A stretch of 64,000 nt of DNA from Pristiophorus japonicus (taxonomy: Eukaryota), in assembly GCF_044704955.1 (NCBI RefSeq), contig NC_091999.1, positions 65,596,001 to 65,660,000 of the forward strand, in the 5' to 3' direction. The notes below the pieces were generated by a model. That model was not told where the DNA came from. It was given only the letters and a program-made list of their open reading frames with translations, and did not search any database. This document shows, piece by piece, positions 38,681 to 51,019 of this stretch; the stretch's first letter is position 1, and the number at the start of each line of letters is the position of its first letter. The translations under genes and the position numbers were made by a program.

Positions 38681-40559
38681 TTGTACGTCACATTCCCACA
38701 CGAGAGAGATGGGAGGTAGGTGAATCAATCTGTTGGAGCGGATTTTTGGAGGCATATTTGATTGTATACGGGACCAAACATTTGTTTTATTTTCCCCTTT
38801 AAATGAATGCTTTAAACAGTTAGGCTTGAAGGCATGCTGGCGTTGAGTTAATTGGAATGTGAGATAATGAACACTGGAGAGTTAAGTGCTGAGAATGTTT
38901 GCTTAAACCGGTGTCAAAAGCCTGCACTTGTTTACACTGCCCTGTCACAGTGCAGGATGGGTTATATATCAAAAGCTTAGTCTTCGATAGTAACAGCTTT
39001 TAAGTGCTAAAGCATGTGTTGAAAAGTGACGTAATTTGTAAGATAAAAGGACTTAACTGCAGATACCAATTTGAGAAGATGGTTCAAAGATAGGGGTCTT
39101 TAACACTTCTCCAAAAGCTTTGTCTCCGATTTAATAAACCTCTCTTTATATATTATACAGTTTCGGAAATATTTTTCCACAATAAATGGCGTCACGACAG
39201 GATGCTGTCTGATCAGACGTGATCACTTAAGACAGTATCTGGAATCTGGTGTTAGAGACTGAAAAGAGTGGTGTACGAGCACGACGGGATAGGGTATAAG
39301 ATACGAGTAAACAGATAGCTGGAAGAGGCTGACTAACCAGTTTGAGTTGTCCCTTTAGTAAATAAGGTCGGTGCAGAAGGGAACTGATCACTCCAACCAA
39401 GAGCCGAAAACTCCGGTGATAAGGAAACACGCTAGCTTTGTTGCGAAGACAAAGTGTCTCCACAGAGTAGCCGTGGCCGTGAGTATTACAGAAACAAAGG
39501 GGAACGTCCGAGACTGGCGAACATGGAAGGTAAGGAAGGGAATGTAAAACGCGGGCTGCTCGGGTCATTAATTAATTCCTATCATTAATTGTAACTTGTG
39601 TAATTCCGTAATGCCATAAAAAAGCTGATAGTCACAATCTTAAGTGACATATGGATCCAGACATAAGCTTTGTTGAATGGAGAGAGACTTTTGTGAGTTT
39701 CGATTTTGAATGAAGAGAGTACTTGAGATTTTGACTGTGGAATGAATGAAAGCCTGCTTGGGAAGGTGTGGAGTTGTTTGCCTGTTTTTGCTCCACCCAC
39801 TCTTTCCAAGCAGAGTGAAATGTTTTTTGAACCCTTCGTAGTGTTGTCCTGTATGTGGGAAGTTTAGAAACTGTGAACCTTCTGGTATTACATTTTAATT
39901 TAGAAACGAAGGTGTGGATATAAGTTACGGAGCTAGGAAATGCACAAAGGATAGGTTTGTTGAGTAACAGATAAAAATACATGGTCCCGGTAGCAAAAAA
40001 AAAAAGAATTTGACACGCTCACTTATTTGTCGAAAGAAAACATGCAATTGGGTTGAAAGACATAAATTTAGTCAAGGAATGAGATAAAGAATGCCTTTTA
40101 AAACGCTCCCATTTTCCTTTGTGTAAAACCTTGACACGAAAGCTTCTAGCTCAGTAAAAAAAAGAGTTTTAAATTTAGAAATACCTTCAGGGATCAGGTC
40201 AAACTCCTGGGCGTGTGGTGAGCTAGCTGTGAAGGTGTAAAAGGAACTTTTGAAAAAGGCTCAAACAGTAAGCTTCAGCAAATTAGAAAAGAAAAAGATA
40301 AAGCAGGAAAAGATCTCTGCCACGGGAACAGGAGGAGGCCAGGAAAGGGGAACTTGCCACAATACCCTATAAGACCTGAAGCTAGAACAGCGGTTGTAGA
40401 AATAGTAAAAGGGCGAGTGGAAAAGTGTATATTAAAAGAAACAGTTAGCAGCACTAACTCCACAAAAACGCCCAGGTAGGGAAGTCCCAGGTCCTGTACC
40501 TAGGGTACTGCCTCTCAAGGGGCTGAAATAAATGCCCTCGGATAGGAAAAAGGCTGTCA

Positions 40560-42490
40560 AGGACATGCCTAGACCAGTAACGGTAAGTGGGTGAGGAAAG
40601 TACTGGGCCTCTTTAATTGCAGCCGGAACTTTTTCCCTGATTTTGAAAAAATTGCTAAGCCAATACAAAGATTTGTGAGAGGGGAGAAGCCGGCCCTAAA
40701 CCTCATAGAGTGGGGCCCTGAACAAGAACAGGTGTATAGTAAACTGAAGTCAGAACTAGTTTCCGCACCTGGAATGGGACTGCCTGACATCCACATCCAC
40801 TGTAACAATGAAGGTGGGTTCTATATGGCCGTGGTCACCCAAGATCACGCGGATAAAAGGAGACCTATAGCCTATTACTCTACCACCGAAAGCCCGGTGG
40901 TGACTGGGTTATTCAGATGTATAGCCGAGCTAGATTGCGCAGCTTGGGTGGTAAAAATTAAGCGAGCCTGTGGTGATGACTGGAAACATCATTCTCCACA
41001 CTAAGCACACATTGGTAGATATGTTAAACACAGGAAAACTGAGAACCGTATCTAATATGAGATGGGCAAAGTGGGAAGCAGTCCTCTTAACACCCAACAA
41101 AGCGGTAACCATAATTAGGAATGTAGGAAATAACCCCGCCGAAGGTATGATGGGTGAAGGGGAACCCCACTTTTCGAAGAGGTATGTGAGGATATGGAAG
41201 ATGATAGAATAAGATTGTTAATATCTATACGGACAGTAGATATGCATTCGGGGTAGTACACGATTTTATGACAGCATAGGGGAGAAGGGGTGTTTGCGAT
41301 GGATAAAGACATAACTTACTAAATTAAGTCAGTGCTGCTGTGGCCCGAGATGAACAGATAAGTATTGAGAAACTACACCAGGGCACTTCTGAGGAGGAAA
41401 TAGTTATGTGGACAAAGCAGGGCGCAACGCCAGAGAAGGATAACGTTTGGAGACGAAACGACAAGTTAATGGCGCCTGAATGCATACAGAATACCTTATT
41501 TGCGTTGCATCCTGGCCGGTCTCATTCAGGACGAGAGACCATGACCGGGAGTCTTGGGAGAGATTGGTGGTGGAAAGGGATGGGGAGAGATATTGCCAAA
41601 CATTGCCATCGATGCATTACGTGCGCACAATAAAATCCAGGCATGCCCATTAAAATTAAAAGTGGACACCAGCCCCATCCACGGGGGCCATGGGAACACG
41701 TACAAATTGATTTCACAGGTCCTTTGCCCCCATCCCATGGAAAAAGATATTGCCTCGTTAATATAGATCAATTTACCCGGTGAGTGGAAGCTTTCCCCAC
41801 AAGTGATTGCACTGCCTCCACAGTGGCAAGGATATTGACTGAGCAGGTGATTCCCCGATGGGGAGTGCCTCTTCAAATAGATTCCGACCAAGGCACCCAC
41901 TTCACCGGAAAAATTTTAAAACTAATATGCCAGCTGATGGGCATAAAACAAAAATTCCACATCCCCTACCACCCGCAGAGTTCTGGAATGGTAGAGCGCA
42001 TGAACCGTACCCTTAAGAACGCCCTGGCAAAGGCCATGCAAACGTCAGGAAAAGCGTGGACAGAAGTATTACCCATTGTATTGATTAAGTTAAGAGCCAC
42101 GACAAACCGGACAACCGGATTAACCCCTTATGAACTAATGACAGGAAGGGCGATGCAATTACCAGAGAACATCATAACGGGGGGGGGGGCGATGTCGGCC
42201 CATTAAAAGACAAAATAAAACGATATGTTTTGGAACTAAGTACTCAATTAAAAGGGATGCGTAAATTATTTAGGGACAATGAGGAAGAAAGAGACGCGTA
42301 AGCAGAGCTTACAAAGCTCCCTGAAGTCCCGTTGGCGGGACGTCGCATTATGGTAAGGGTCCTCCCGGGAAATCCGGGGTTTGCCTCAAAAATGGATAGG
42401 ACCGTATGAGGTTATTATCAGCAGGAACACTTGTGCCTGCATCGATGTTTAAGGGAACGGACAATGGAAGCATTGGAACCAGCTTCAGGT
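40560..42490 (+). pseudogene. ERV pol remnant (RT thumb, tether, partial RNase H, integrase)
   Basis: RKVLGLFN, NIYTDSRYAFGVVHDF, QIDFTGP, IDSDQGTHF, YHPQSSGMVERMNRTLK. Confidence 0.92.
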
Positions 42491-42623
42491 TTTTGAACCA
42501 GCCGTTTAGCACACATATTAGTTGTTGTTGTTTGTCTATTTACAGATTGACAGCGAGAGATTCTTCAAGCAAGCCATACGGCCATTTTTGCCTTTGACTA
42601 TGTGTTAATTATAGAGTAATAAG

Positions 42624-44015
42624 ATGAAACTATATATTGCGATCGGTGCGATTATCATAGTTCGTGTTAGGTCCGGCCTGCTAGCTCGACCTAAACGAGA
42701 GTTACATGTTAATTCCCTTTTGTACATGTCTTATGTTTATGGGCAATATGAGAACTTTTCTAGTTGCTGGGTATGTTCGCAGATCCCCATACATAGCAAA
42801 GGAGGCATCCCTTTGAGGTCAATCTCCCTTAACATCTCTGAAGTAGCAGAGTGGGTAATGCGGCAAAACGGTAAAGAGGAAGTAAATGATACCTGGAACC
42901 AGAGTGGGGATAAAGAAACGTGGAGATCGGGGAGTTACCTTTTGGATGCATTTGACGGATGGTAACAGCCGGAATACAATAGGTCGGTACGACCCCCGTT
43001 CCTGGTTTTGACCAACACCTCAGGAGTTGGAAGGCCCACCGCTGACATTTGTTTCACTGGAGACCTGACTGGTGAGGAAACAGGTTTTGTAGCAGGATAT
43101 AGCAATTGTACGCAATACTTTAAACTCACCAGGTGAAACATAATAGCCAGCGAAACAACAAACCAGGTGTTCTTTGAAATAGAGGGTTTGAAGAATCAGA
43201 CAAGTAGCCAGGACTGGGACCCTAAGATTAGGTGGCGACGGGGGCTGAGAGAGAGAGATTGGGAACGAATCTAAAAGCATACAATGGCACTTAATTTGTG
43301 TGCGGGCACAAGGCCTACACCTGGTTGCCTCAGAACTGGAGGGGGTCCTGTTATTTGGGATATGTGGTCCCTTTTGTCAGACGGGTACGTATTTTAGCAG
43401 AAGTACAGAAACAAGGTCGACTAAGACGAGATCTTACTCCAGTAGAGAGGCTATTTGGGGTCATGATGCTCCCATTCGGGATAGGACGCACCACGGATGA
43501 ATTACGTAATCTAGAGAGGGTCCTGGAACAGGTAGTTAACGACACTGCTGAAGCAACAGAGGGCATAACGGCTGAAATGGTAGTCATATGCACAATGCTA
43601 CTCCAGAACCGAATGGCCCTAGATACTAGCACAAAGTGGGGGCACATGTGCCTTAATTGGAGCTGAATGTTGCACTTACATTCCCGGTAATTCAGAAAAC
43701 ATAACCAACCTCGCTGATCACAAACGAAGGGAGGTAAAGAAGTTATCCCCGACAGCAGGAGGATCTGGCTGATTTGACTGGCTGTTAGGGGGATCCTGGG
43801 TGTCCTAATTTATGCATGGAGTAATTATTCTGGTTGTATTAATAATTACTTGCTGTCTGATTATCGGGTGTTTTAATACCTGCTGTAAAGTTATGATGGC
43901 TCGACTGATGCCAGTAGCCAGTGTAATCGCCGAAGAAGAAGCACACCTGATGGAAATACCTGAAGACACCAAGGATGAAGAAACAGACGACAATGACACC
44001 GACCACTATCTTTGA
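42624..44015 (+). pseudogene. ERV gamma-type env remnant
   Basis: Signal peptide, CWVC, furin site RLRR, immunosuppressive motif LQNRMALD, CX6CC (TCALIGAECC), TM helix; stops and frameshifts; upstream acceptor tctatttacag at 42545. Confidence 0.93.
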
Positions 44016-44699
44016 AGGGTAGCCTAGAGCTGCAGGCAAGGTGGTATACGGAACATCAGTGAAGTAACATACCCCAAAGGACGAATATATGATACTATCA
44101 TTGTGGTTATCTGGATTTCGTAAACATCCTCCAGGACCAAAAGCGGGAATATTGTTGGAGCGGGTTTTTGGACATATATTTGATTGTATACGGGACCAAA
44201 TATTTGTTTTATTTTCCCTTTTAAATGAATGCTTTAAACAGTTAGACTTTAAGGCATGCTGGCCTTGAGTTAATTGGAATGTGGTATAATGAACACTGGA
44301 GAGTTAAGTACTGAGAATGTTTGTTTAAACCGGTGTCAAAAGCCTGCACTTGTTTATACTGCCCTGTCACAGTGCAGGATGGGTTATATATCAAAAGCTT
44401 AGCCTTCGATAGGAATAGCTTTGTAGTGCTAAAGCATGTGTTGTAAAGTGACGGAAGTTGGAAGATAAAAGGACTTCACTGCAGCTACCAATTTGAGAAG
44501 GTGGTTCAAAGACAGGGGTCTTTAACACTTCTCCCAAAGCTTTATCTGCGATTCAATAAATCTTTCTTTATATATTATACAGTCTCGGAAATATTTTGCA
44601 CCAACACAATCTATATTATATTATGTCAGTATCCATCTGTAAATAGTCATCCTCTCACTCCAAAAACGTTAAACTTAGCGCATAGGCATCATATTTTAA

Positions 44700-46760
44700 A
44701 ATAAATATATATTCAACATGTAATATTTTAGTCGATGTTGGGGTAAATCTGTCCTTGTCATTCGTAAACTAACAGATTGAATTTTAATGTGCCAAACTAA
44801 ACTGGTGATTGATTCCTCTGCGCGTTTCTCACCGTTGTGTTCCTGATGTTTCTGAGGCCCATCGGGTGAATTGTAACATTCCTTCGGCTGAAATCACATT
44901 GCTGCACATACAGAACACATTTACACAGAGCGATGAGGAATATGTGTAAACGTGAGTTTGTGTGTGTTCACATAAAATTATGTTGATGAATTTGTGTCAG
45001 TGTATGTGTTTTTTTGTAAGTACACATTTAAGTTTAACTATAAAAATGTAGATTAACACAATGACATAGAATATTATACATGCCAAGAATACACCTCGCA
45101 CCTTCATTGCCAGACCCAGTTATTGGAACTCTCTGAAACTTGGAATAATAGCAGAAATATACACACAACAGTACACAAAACACACATACAAACATACGCT
45201 TTAAAAAAGACACATACACATTTACACACACAACACAAACGTATTTACACAAAAACACACACAGTTACACATAAACAAACACATACGCTTACACCTAAAC
45301 ATACACAAACATTTACACATAAGGAGAGCCTAGACAACCATATGTTGAAGAAAGGAATATTGGGCTGTGCTGATATATTTAGATGAGGAAAGATGGCAGG
45401 AGGTGCGAGTGAAGCATACACGCATGCATGGACTGGTTGGGCCGAATGGCACGTTTCTGTGTGGTGTATTGGATGTGAGTAATTTGGTCTCAATGTTAAA
45501 TAAATATTTATTCAATATATTATCTGCAACTAATATTTGTGCTAAATTTGTCACTGTTATTCGTAAACTAACAGATTGAATTTTAATAGTCCACTTCTAA
45601 ACTGGTGATTGAATCCTCTGCGTGTTCGTTACGGTTGTAGCCCTGATATTTCTGAGGCTCATCGTTTTAATTGCTGCATTTCATCGGCTGACGTCGCATT
45701 GGGCCTCACACAAAGCACACTTACACAAAGCGGGGAAGAATGCGTGTAAAAGTGAGTGTGTGCCTTTATCTTTGTGTGTTTGCGATTGTGTGTATATATA
45801 TTTTTCCGTAAGTAGACAGTTACACATGAACACACACATACTTACACATAAATACAACAGAGTTACACGTAAACACAGACATATTTCTACGTAAACACAC
45901 ACGTTAACATAGTGAAACAATAACTATACCCAAAACATAATGCACACCATCATTGTCAGTCCCAGTTATTGGCACACTCTGAATCGTTGAAAAATAGCAA
46001 AGACACACACACACCCTTGCACAAAACACACACAAGCACAAGCATTAACACACAGACACGTACACAGGCGTTAACACACAAACACACACACAAAGCACAC
46101 ACAAACACAAATTCTTAGATTCAAATATACAAACTTACACATGAATGGAGAAACGCTTACAACTAAACATACACAAATACTGACAGATACACATGAACAC
46201 ATTTTCACAAAACATAAGATCACTTTATCATAAATATATACAATTACACGTGAATACACACACTTCAACAGAATCACACATATTTATACATAAACACACT
46301 ACACACTTACACATTACCACCCAAAGACTGACATATAAACAAACACAAACTTACAAAACTACAGGCAAACACACTTACGCAAAAAATGCGCGCACACTTA
46401 TAATTTGGGGCAGTGACACAAAAACACACATAATGACACATAAACACACTTACACATAAACTTACACACATCTACAAGTATCTACATAAATACACACATC
46501 TAAACATGTACACGCACACTTCAATGCACTTATACAAAAAATACATAATTACACGTAAACACACATACACATAAACTTGCACACATCGACACACATCTAC
46601 AGAAACACACTTTTAAGCATATATACACACATACTTAAATAAAACACACGCAGACACACACTTACAGATTAACACACACATTAACATACACAGACAGGCG
46701 ACATTAAAACAAGATCTCGTCATGCATTCATACACAAACATTAAACGCTAACAAATATAG
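44700..46760 (+). repeat. Old tandem duplication (approx. 44700-45320 and 45500-46190) with degenerate CA-rich tracts
   Basis: Shared block attcgtaaactaacagattgaattttaat at 44760 and 45559 and colinear downstream similarity. Confidence 0.8.
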
Positions 46761-47361
46761 AATTAAAATGAACTTTTGAACAGACAGAGTATCCAACGAT
46801 TGCTCTGAATAAATAATTCCTGATACCATACATCCTCACATTTCTTTATTGTGGTTCCACAAGTACATTGAATCAATGTTCTTGTTGGAAACGGAGACAA
46901 GTTAATTATGTTCAGTGCATTGCGGTAACAAACAAATAATCAAGATTATATCTCATAACAGGTCTTGTACCCAGCCTCCTTGATCGTCTCCAAAAAAAAC
47001 AGCTGCCTAAATTTATCGTTAAATAAATCAATATCAGTCAGTAAACCTCCCTTGACATTTCCTCATATTATTCCGAATGATAGATCGTCCGAAATTGATG
47101 CAAAATCAATTAGCATGTGGCATTGCAGGAAAAATGACATGTTTTAACACACGGACTAAAGGAAGATCTTAAAGGAATAGCAACAGTGGCATTATGAAGA
47201 TAGATAGATTGCGAAAAGTGATTAACTTAATAGAAGATATACATTGAATATAATGTGTGACAACAAACTAATACCTTAAGGTAAATAAAAGAGAATATAT
47301 GTTTGTTAAATCTTGGCTTAATATAGGATCTGAATTTGTTTCCACCTCTTCGTTCTTGCAG

Positions 47362-47489
47362 ATTCCTCAGACCTCCTCTGGAGTGAAGTCTATGAGGACG
47401 AGAGCGGCAACAGCTCGACAACCACTTCCACATTCATCATCCTGCTCTTCCTGAGCATTTTCTGCAGCTCTGCAGTCACTCGACTGAAG
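47362..47489 (+). pseudogene. ighm: IgM TM1 exon
   Basis: Acceptor gttcttgcag; DSSDLLWSEVYEDESGNSSTTTSTFIILLFLSIFCSSAVTRLK = acidic spacer plus degenerate CART motif; donor reads GCGAGA. Confidence 0.92.
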
Positions 47490-47629
47490 GCGAGAAGATT
47501 CAATCCAATCATAACTCGTACTGATTGAAGCGGTTTGATAAATATATCAAAGTTCAATTGTAACAAACCCTGAAATAAAGGCTTCAAACCACTAAATCAA
47601 AGATTCACTGTTTTATCTCGCTTTTACAG

Positions 47630-47638
47630 GTCAACTGA
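47630..47638 (+). pseudogene. ighm: IgM TM2 exon coding part (VN*, normally VK*)
   Basis: Acceptor cttttacag then GTC AAC TGA, 140 bp after TM1; AATAAA at 47682. Confidence 0.85.
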
Positions 47639-48237
47639 ATGGTTGAATTTCTTCCGTTTATTAACATCTCTGTATCCACAAAATAAAATATATTCTCTTG
47701 GTGATTCGCAGAGTCTGTTAATAGACCCGAATCTGTGGCTGAGAAAATCATAACCGGGATTTCCGTCTATCTGTGTGAAATGTGTGAGCTAATCGTGGCT
47801 ATAATGTAAATGTATCTCGGAGTTTCACCATTATTTGAAAATGTCATGTGTAAATAAATCACTTTTCACATTCCTAATTTTCAATTATTCACTTCCCTTT
47901 ATGTTGAGCCCATGTTTTCTCTCCCTAATGTCAGTTACTGTTGTACAGTTACAGCTGGCAGCTCAGGCATGTGTTCTGATATCAATGTGACGCTCAATTG
48001 TTATATTCACTTTATATTAACTTTTTTTAAAGTCTCTGCACGTTATTCTCTGTGAAATTGTAAATACATCTGCAAATGGCAAATGGAATATATTGGAGTT
48101 TGCTGAATTCCTTTCTCCAAGGCTGCTCCACACCGTTCTATTTTCCCTATTACACTTCCTTCTATTTCCATGATAGGTATTTTCCACACGTCCTGCCTGG
48201 GTTCTGTTTCACTCCAATTCCATTTGGTTAAGGAGCC

Positions 48238-48340
48238 ACTGCGCCATCTAGTGTCCTATCAGAGTGACGACACATTTCACCTGCCTTCAAATGACAAGCC
48301 CCCAGGGGCGGAATGACAGCACAGCGAACAGATGGCGCGC
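48238..48340. promoter_or_regulatory. Candidate divergent pair of CTCF motifs
   Basis: Minus strand GGACACTAGATGGCGCAGT (48238-48256) and weaker plus strand CAGCGAACAGATGGCGCGC (48322-48340). Confidence 0.45.
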
Positions 48341-48984
48341 CATGAGGTCTCCTCGAATATTATTGTTTGTCACGTGTCAGGTTATATTAAAAGCAGGTTT
48401 CTGATTCATTACAGTCTGATACACTATCACATCAAACATTCCCAGAGCAGGTATAGCTCAGATAAGATAAAGAGTAAACCTCCCTCTACACTAACCCATC
48501 AAACACTGCTAGACACACCAGGGAGCACAAACCCTCGGAATGATTCCCAAAGACCTACCTGACACACAGACATGAACGTCTCTATTAGATAGACATAGAT
48601 ACCCAAGAAAGAGACAAAAGGTAGAGGGACTGTATTTGAGAGCGAGGAGATGAGGGATCACGCGGCGTCTGCAGTTACATTTGCAGCCTTCTGCCCGGTG
48701 GGCCCCATTACATACAGACTGTATGATGGAAGGAAAAATCAAATTATGATGTCAAATCATTTTAGTTTTAAACTGGCCAAGTGTACGAGTGTGCCCTCCG
48801 CTCGAAAAGGGCAATGGTAGAATAAATAATATTGTATCCGAGTCGAACCTTTAAAGGTGACCCGGTTCCAAATGCTTCACAGGGACTGAGGAAATAAGTG
48901 GGCCCAGCATCGGGGAACCACTTCTCCATTCTGAGGATTATAGATTAACCCTGACCCTCTATCTCATGTTTCTAGGGCGGTGAT

Positions 48985-49335
48985 TCTCCCTGCTCTCCCA
49001 CATTCCCACTGATACCATCTGCCTGAAATGAATCATCACCCGAGGGATCCTTTCTACCTGCTCTCCTCCAGTCACTCTGATACGATCTCCCTGAACCCAT
49101 TGAGCATAGCTCATGGTTAATTTCTCCCATCTCTGCTCCATTCCCTCTGATACAATCTCCCCGAACTCACTGATCATCACCCCAGGGTTACCTTCTCCCA
49201 GCTCTGCTCCATTCCCTTTAATATCATCTCTCTGACTTCACTGAACATCACCCCAGGGAATCCTGACTCACAGCTCTGTTCCATTCCCTCTGATGCTATC
49301 AACCTGAACACACTGAACACCACCCCAAGTATCCG
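48985..49335 (+). repeat. ~70-bp tandem repeat, about 5 copies
   Basis: Recurring catcacccaggg..cagctctgctccattccctctgatac..atctccctgaac. Confidence 0.8.
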
Positions 49336-51019
49336 CCAGTGACCTTCAAAACTTCGCTCCGTGTTTCCCTAAACTTTCACTCCACATATTATACTGATAG
49401 AGATATTGATAACATAAAGATATAGTTAGATAGACAACTATCGTTTTAAATCCCAAAACACAACAACAAGAAAGTGTACAGGAGTAGATACGAGAGGAAA
49501 GTTGGCTAAGGTAGATTGGGTAAGTATATTAATAGCTGTGACGGTAGACAAGCAATGGTTAGCATTTTAAGAATTAATACATAATTTGCAACAAACATAC
49601 ATTCCTTTAGGGCACAAAAACCCCACAGGAAAAGTGGTCCAACCGTGGGTCATGAGAGAAGTTGAAGATGATATTAGATCAAAGGAAGATGCGTATAATC
49701 TTTCCAAAAACAGCAGTAAGCCTGAGGATTGGGAGGATTTTAGAATTCAGCAAAGTAGTACCAAGAAATTGATAAAGAGAGGGATAATGATTCTGAGAAA
49801 AAATTAGCAAGGGATATTAAAATAGATCGTAAATGCTTCCATCGGTATGTAAATAAAGAAAAGATTAGCGAAAGTAAATGTGAGTCGCTTACAGGCTGAT
49901 TCAGGGGAAATTATAATGGGGTATAAGGAAATGGGGGAGAAATTAACCAGATACTTTGTGTCTGTATTCAGGGAAGAAGAAACAAAAAATCTCCCGGAAA
50001 GAGTGGAGAACAAAGGTTCCAGCGAGAATGATGAACTGAAAAACTTTAGTATTGGTAAAAAGATAGTAATGGAGAAATTAATGGGACTGAAAGCCGATAA
50101 ATCCCCTGGACTTGATGGGCTACATCCTAGGGTTTGGAAAGAGGTGGCCATAGAGATAGTGGATGCATTAGTTGTCATCTTCCGAAGTTCCATAGATTCT
50201 CGCATATTTCCCGCAGATTAGAAGGTAGCTAATGTAACCCCACTAATTAAGGAAGGATAGAGAGAGAAAACCGTAAACCTGCCATCAGTCATAGTGAAAA
50301 TGCTGGAATTTATTATTAAGGATCTGGTAACAAGGCACTTAGAAAATAATAGTCGGACTGTGCAGAGCCAACAGCGGATTATAAAAGGGAAATCATGTTG
50401 GATAAATGTGCATGAAATTTTTGAAGTTATAACTAGTAGAATCGATAAGTGGGAAGCAGTGATTGCAGTGTATTTGGATTTTCAGAAGGCATTCAATAAT
50501 GTGCCACACAATAGATTATTAAACGAAAATATGGCTCATGGGATTGTGGGTATTATACTAGTGTAAATATAGGATTGTTAAACGGACAGAAAACATAGAG
50601 TAGGAATAAATGGGTCGTTTTCGGGTGGGCAGGCTGTAGCTACTGGGTCGGTGCTTGGGCCGCAGCTAGTCATAATCAATATCATAGTCATATAGATGCA
50701 ATATATGCAAGTTTGCTGATGAAATAAAGCTCGTCGGAATGTGAGGTGTGAGGAGGATGCAAAGAGACTTCAATGCGATATAGCCAGGCTAACTGAATGG
50801 CCAAGAATTTGCAATGGAATTTAATGTGGAGAAATGTTAAGCTATGGGATATATTACAGTTGCGCCCCTCAAAAATAATTGATATAGTTTATGACTAGCT
50901 GGGGCCCAAGCACCGACCCATTAGTTATAGCCTGCCCACCCAAAAATCACCCGTTTATTCCTACTCTATGTTTTCTCTCCGTTAACCAATACTATAATCA
51001 GGCTCGTATAATACCCATA

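Larger units (their letters stand above)
38731..44606 (+). mobile_element. Endogenous retrovirus, internally deleted, two 454-bp LTRs
   Basis: LTRs 38731-39184 and 44153-44606 (TGTTGG...CCAACA), TSD CAATC/CAATC, PBS TGGCGTCACGACAGGAT at 39187, PPT near 44139, pol and env remnants. Confidence 0.96.
13104..47638 (+). pseudogene. ighm: Cartilaginous-fish IgM heavy-chain cluster with germline-joined VDJ (L-VDJ-Cmu1-Cmu2-Cmu3-Cmu4/secretory-TM1-TM2), pseudogene
   Basis: Eight exons in the expected order and strand with AG acceptors and mostly phase-1 junctions; translations resemble shark IgM; multiple stops and frameshifts. Confidence 0.95.

Noticed and set aside
13104-47638. Processed (retrotransposed) pseudogene from a B-cell mRNA as the source of the joined VDJ
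   Set aside because: Leader intron, J-C intron, all constant introns, promoter and both secretory and TM exons are present
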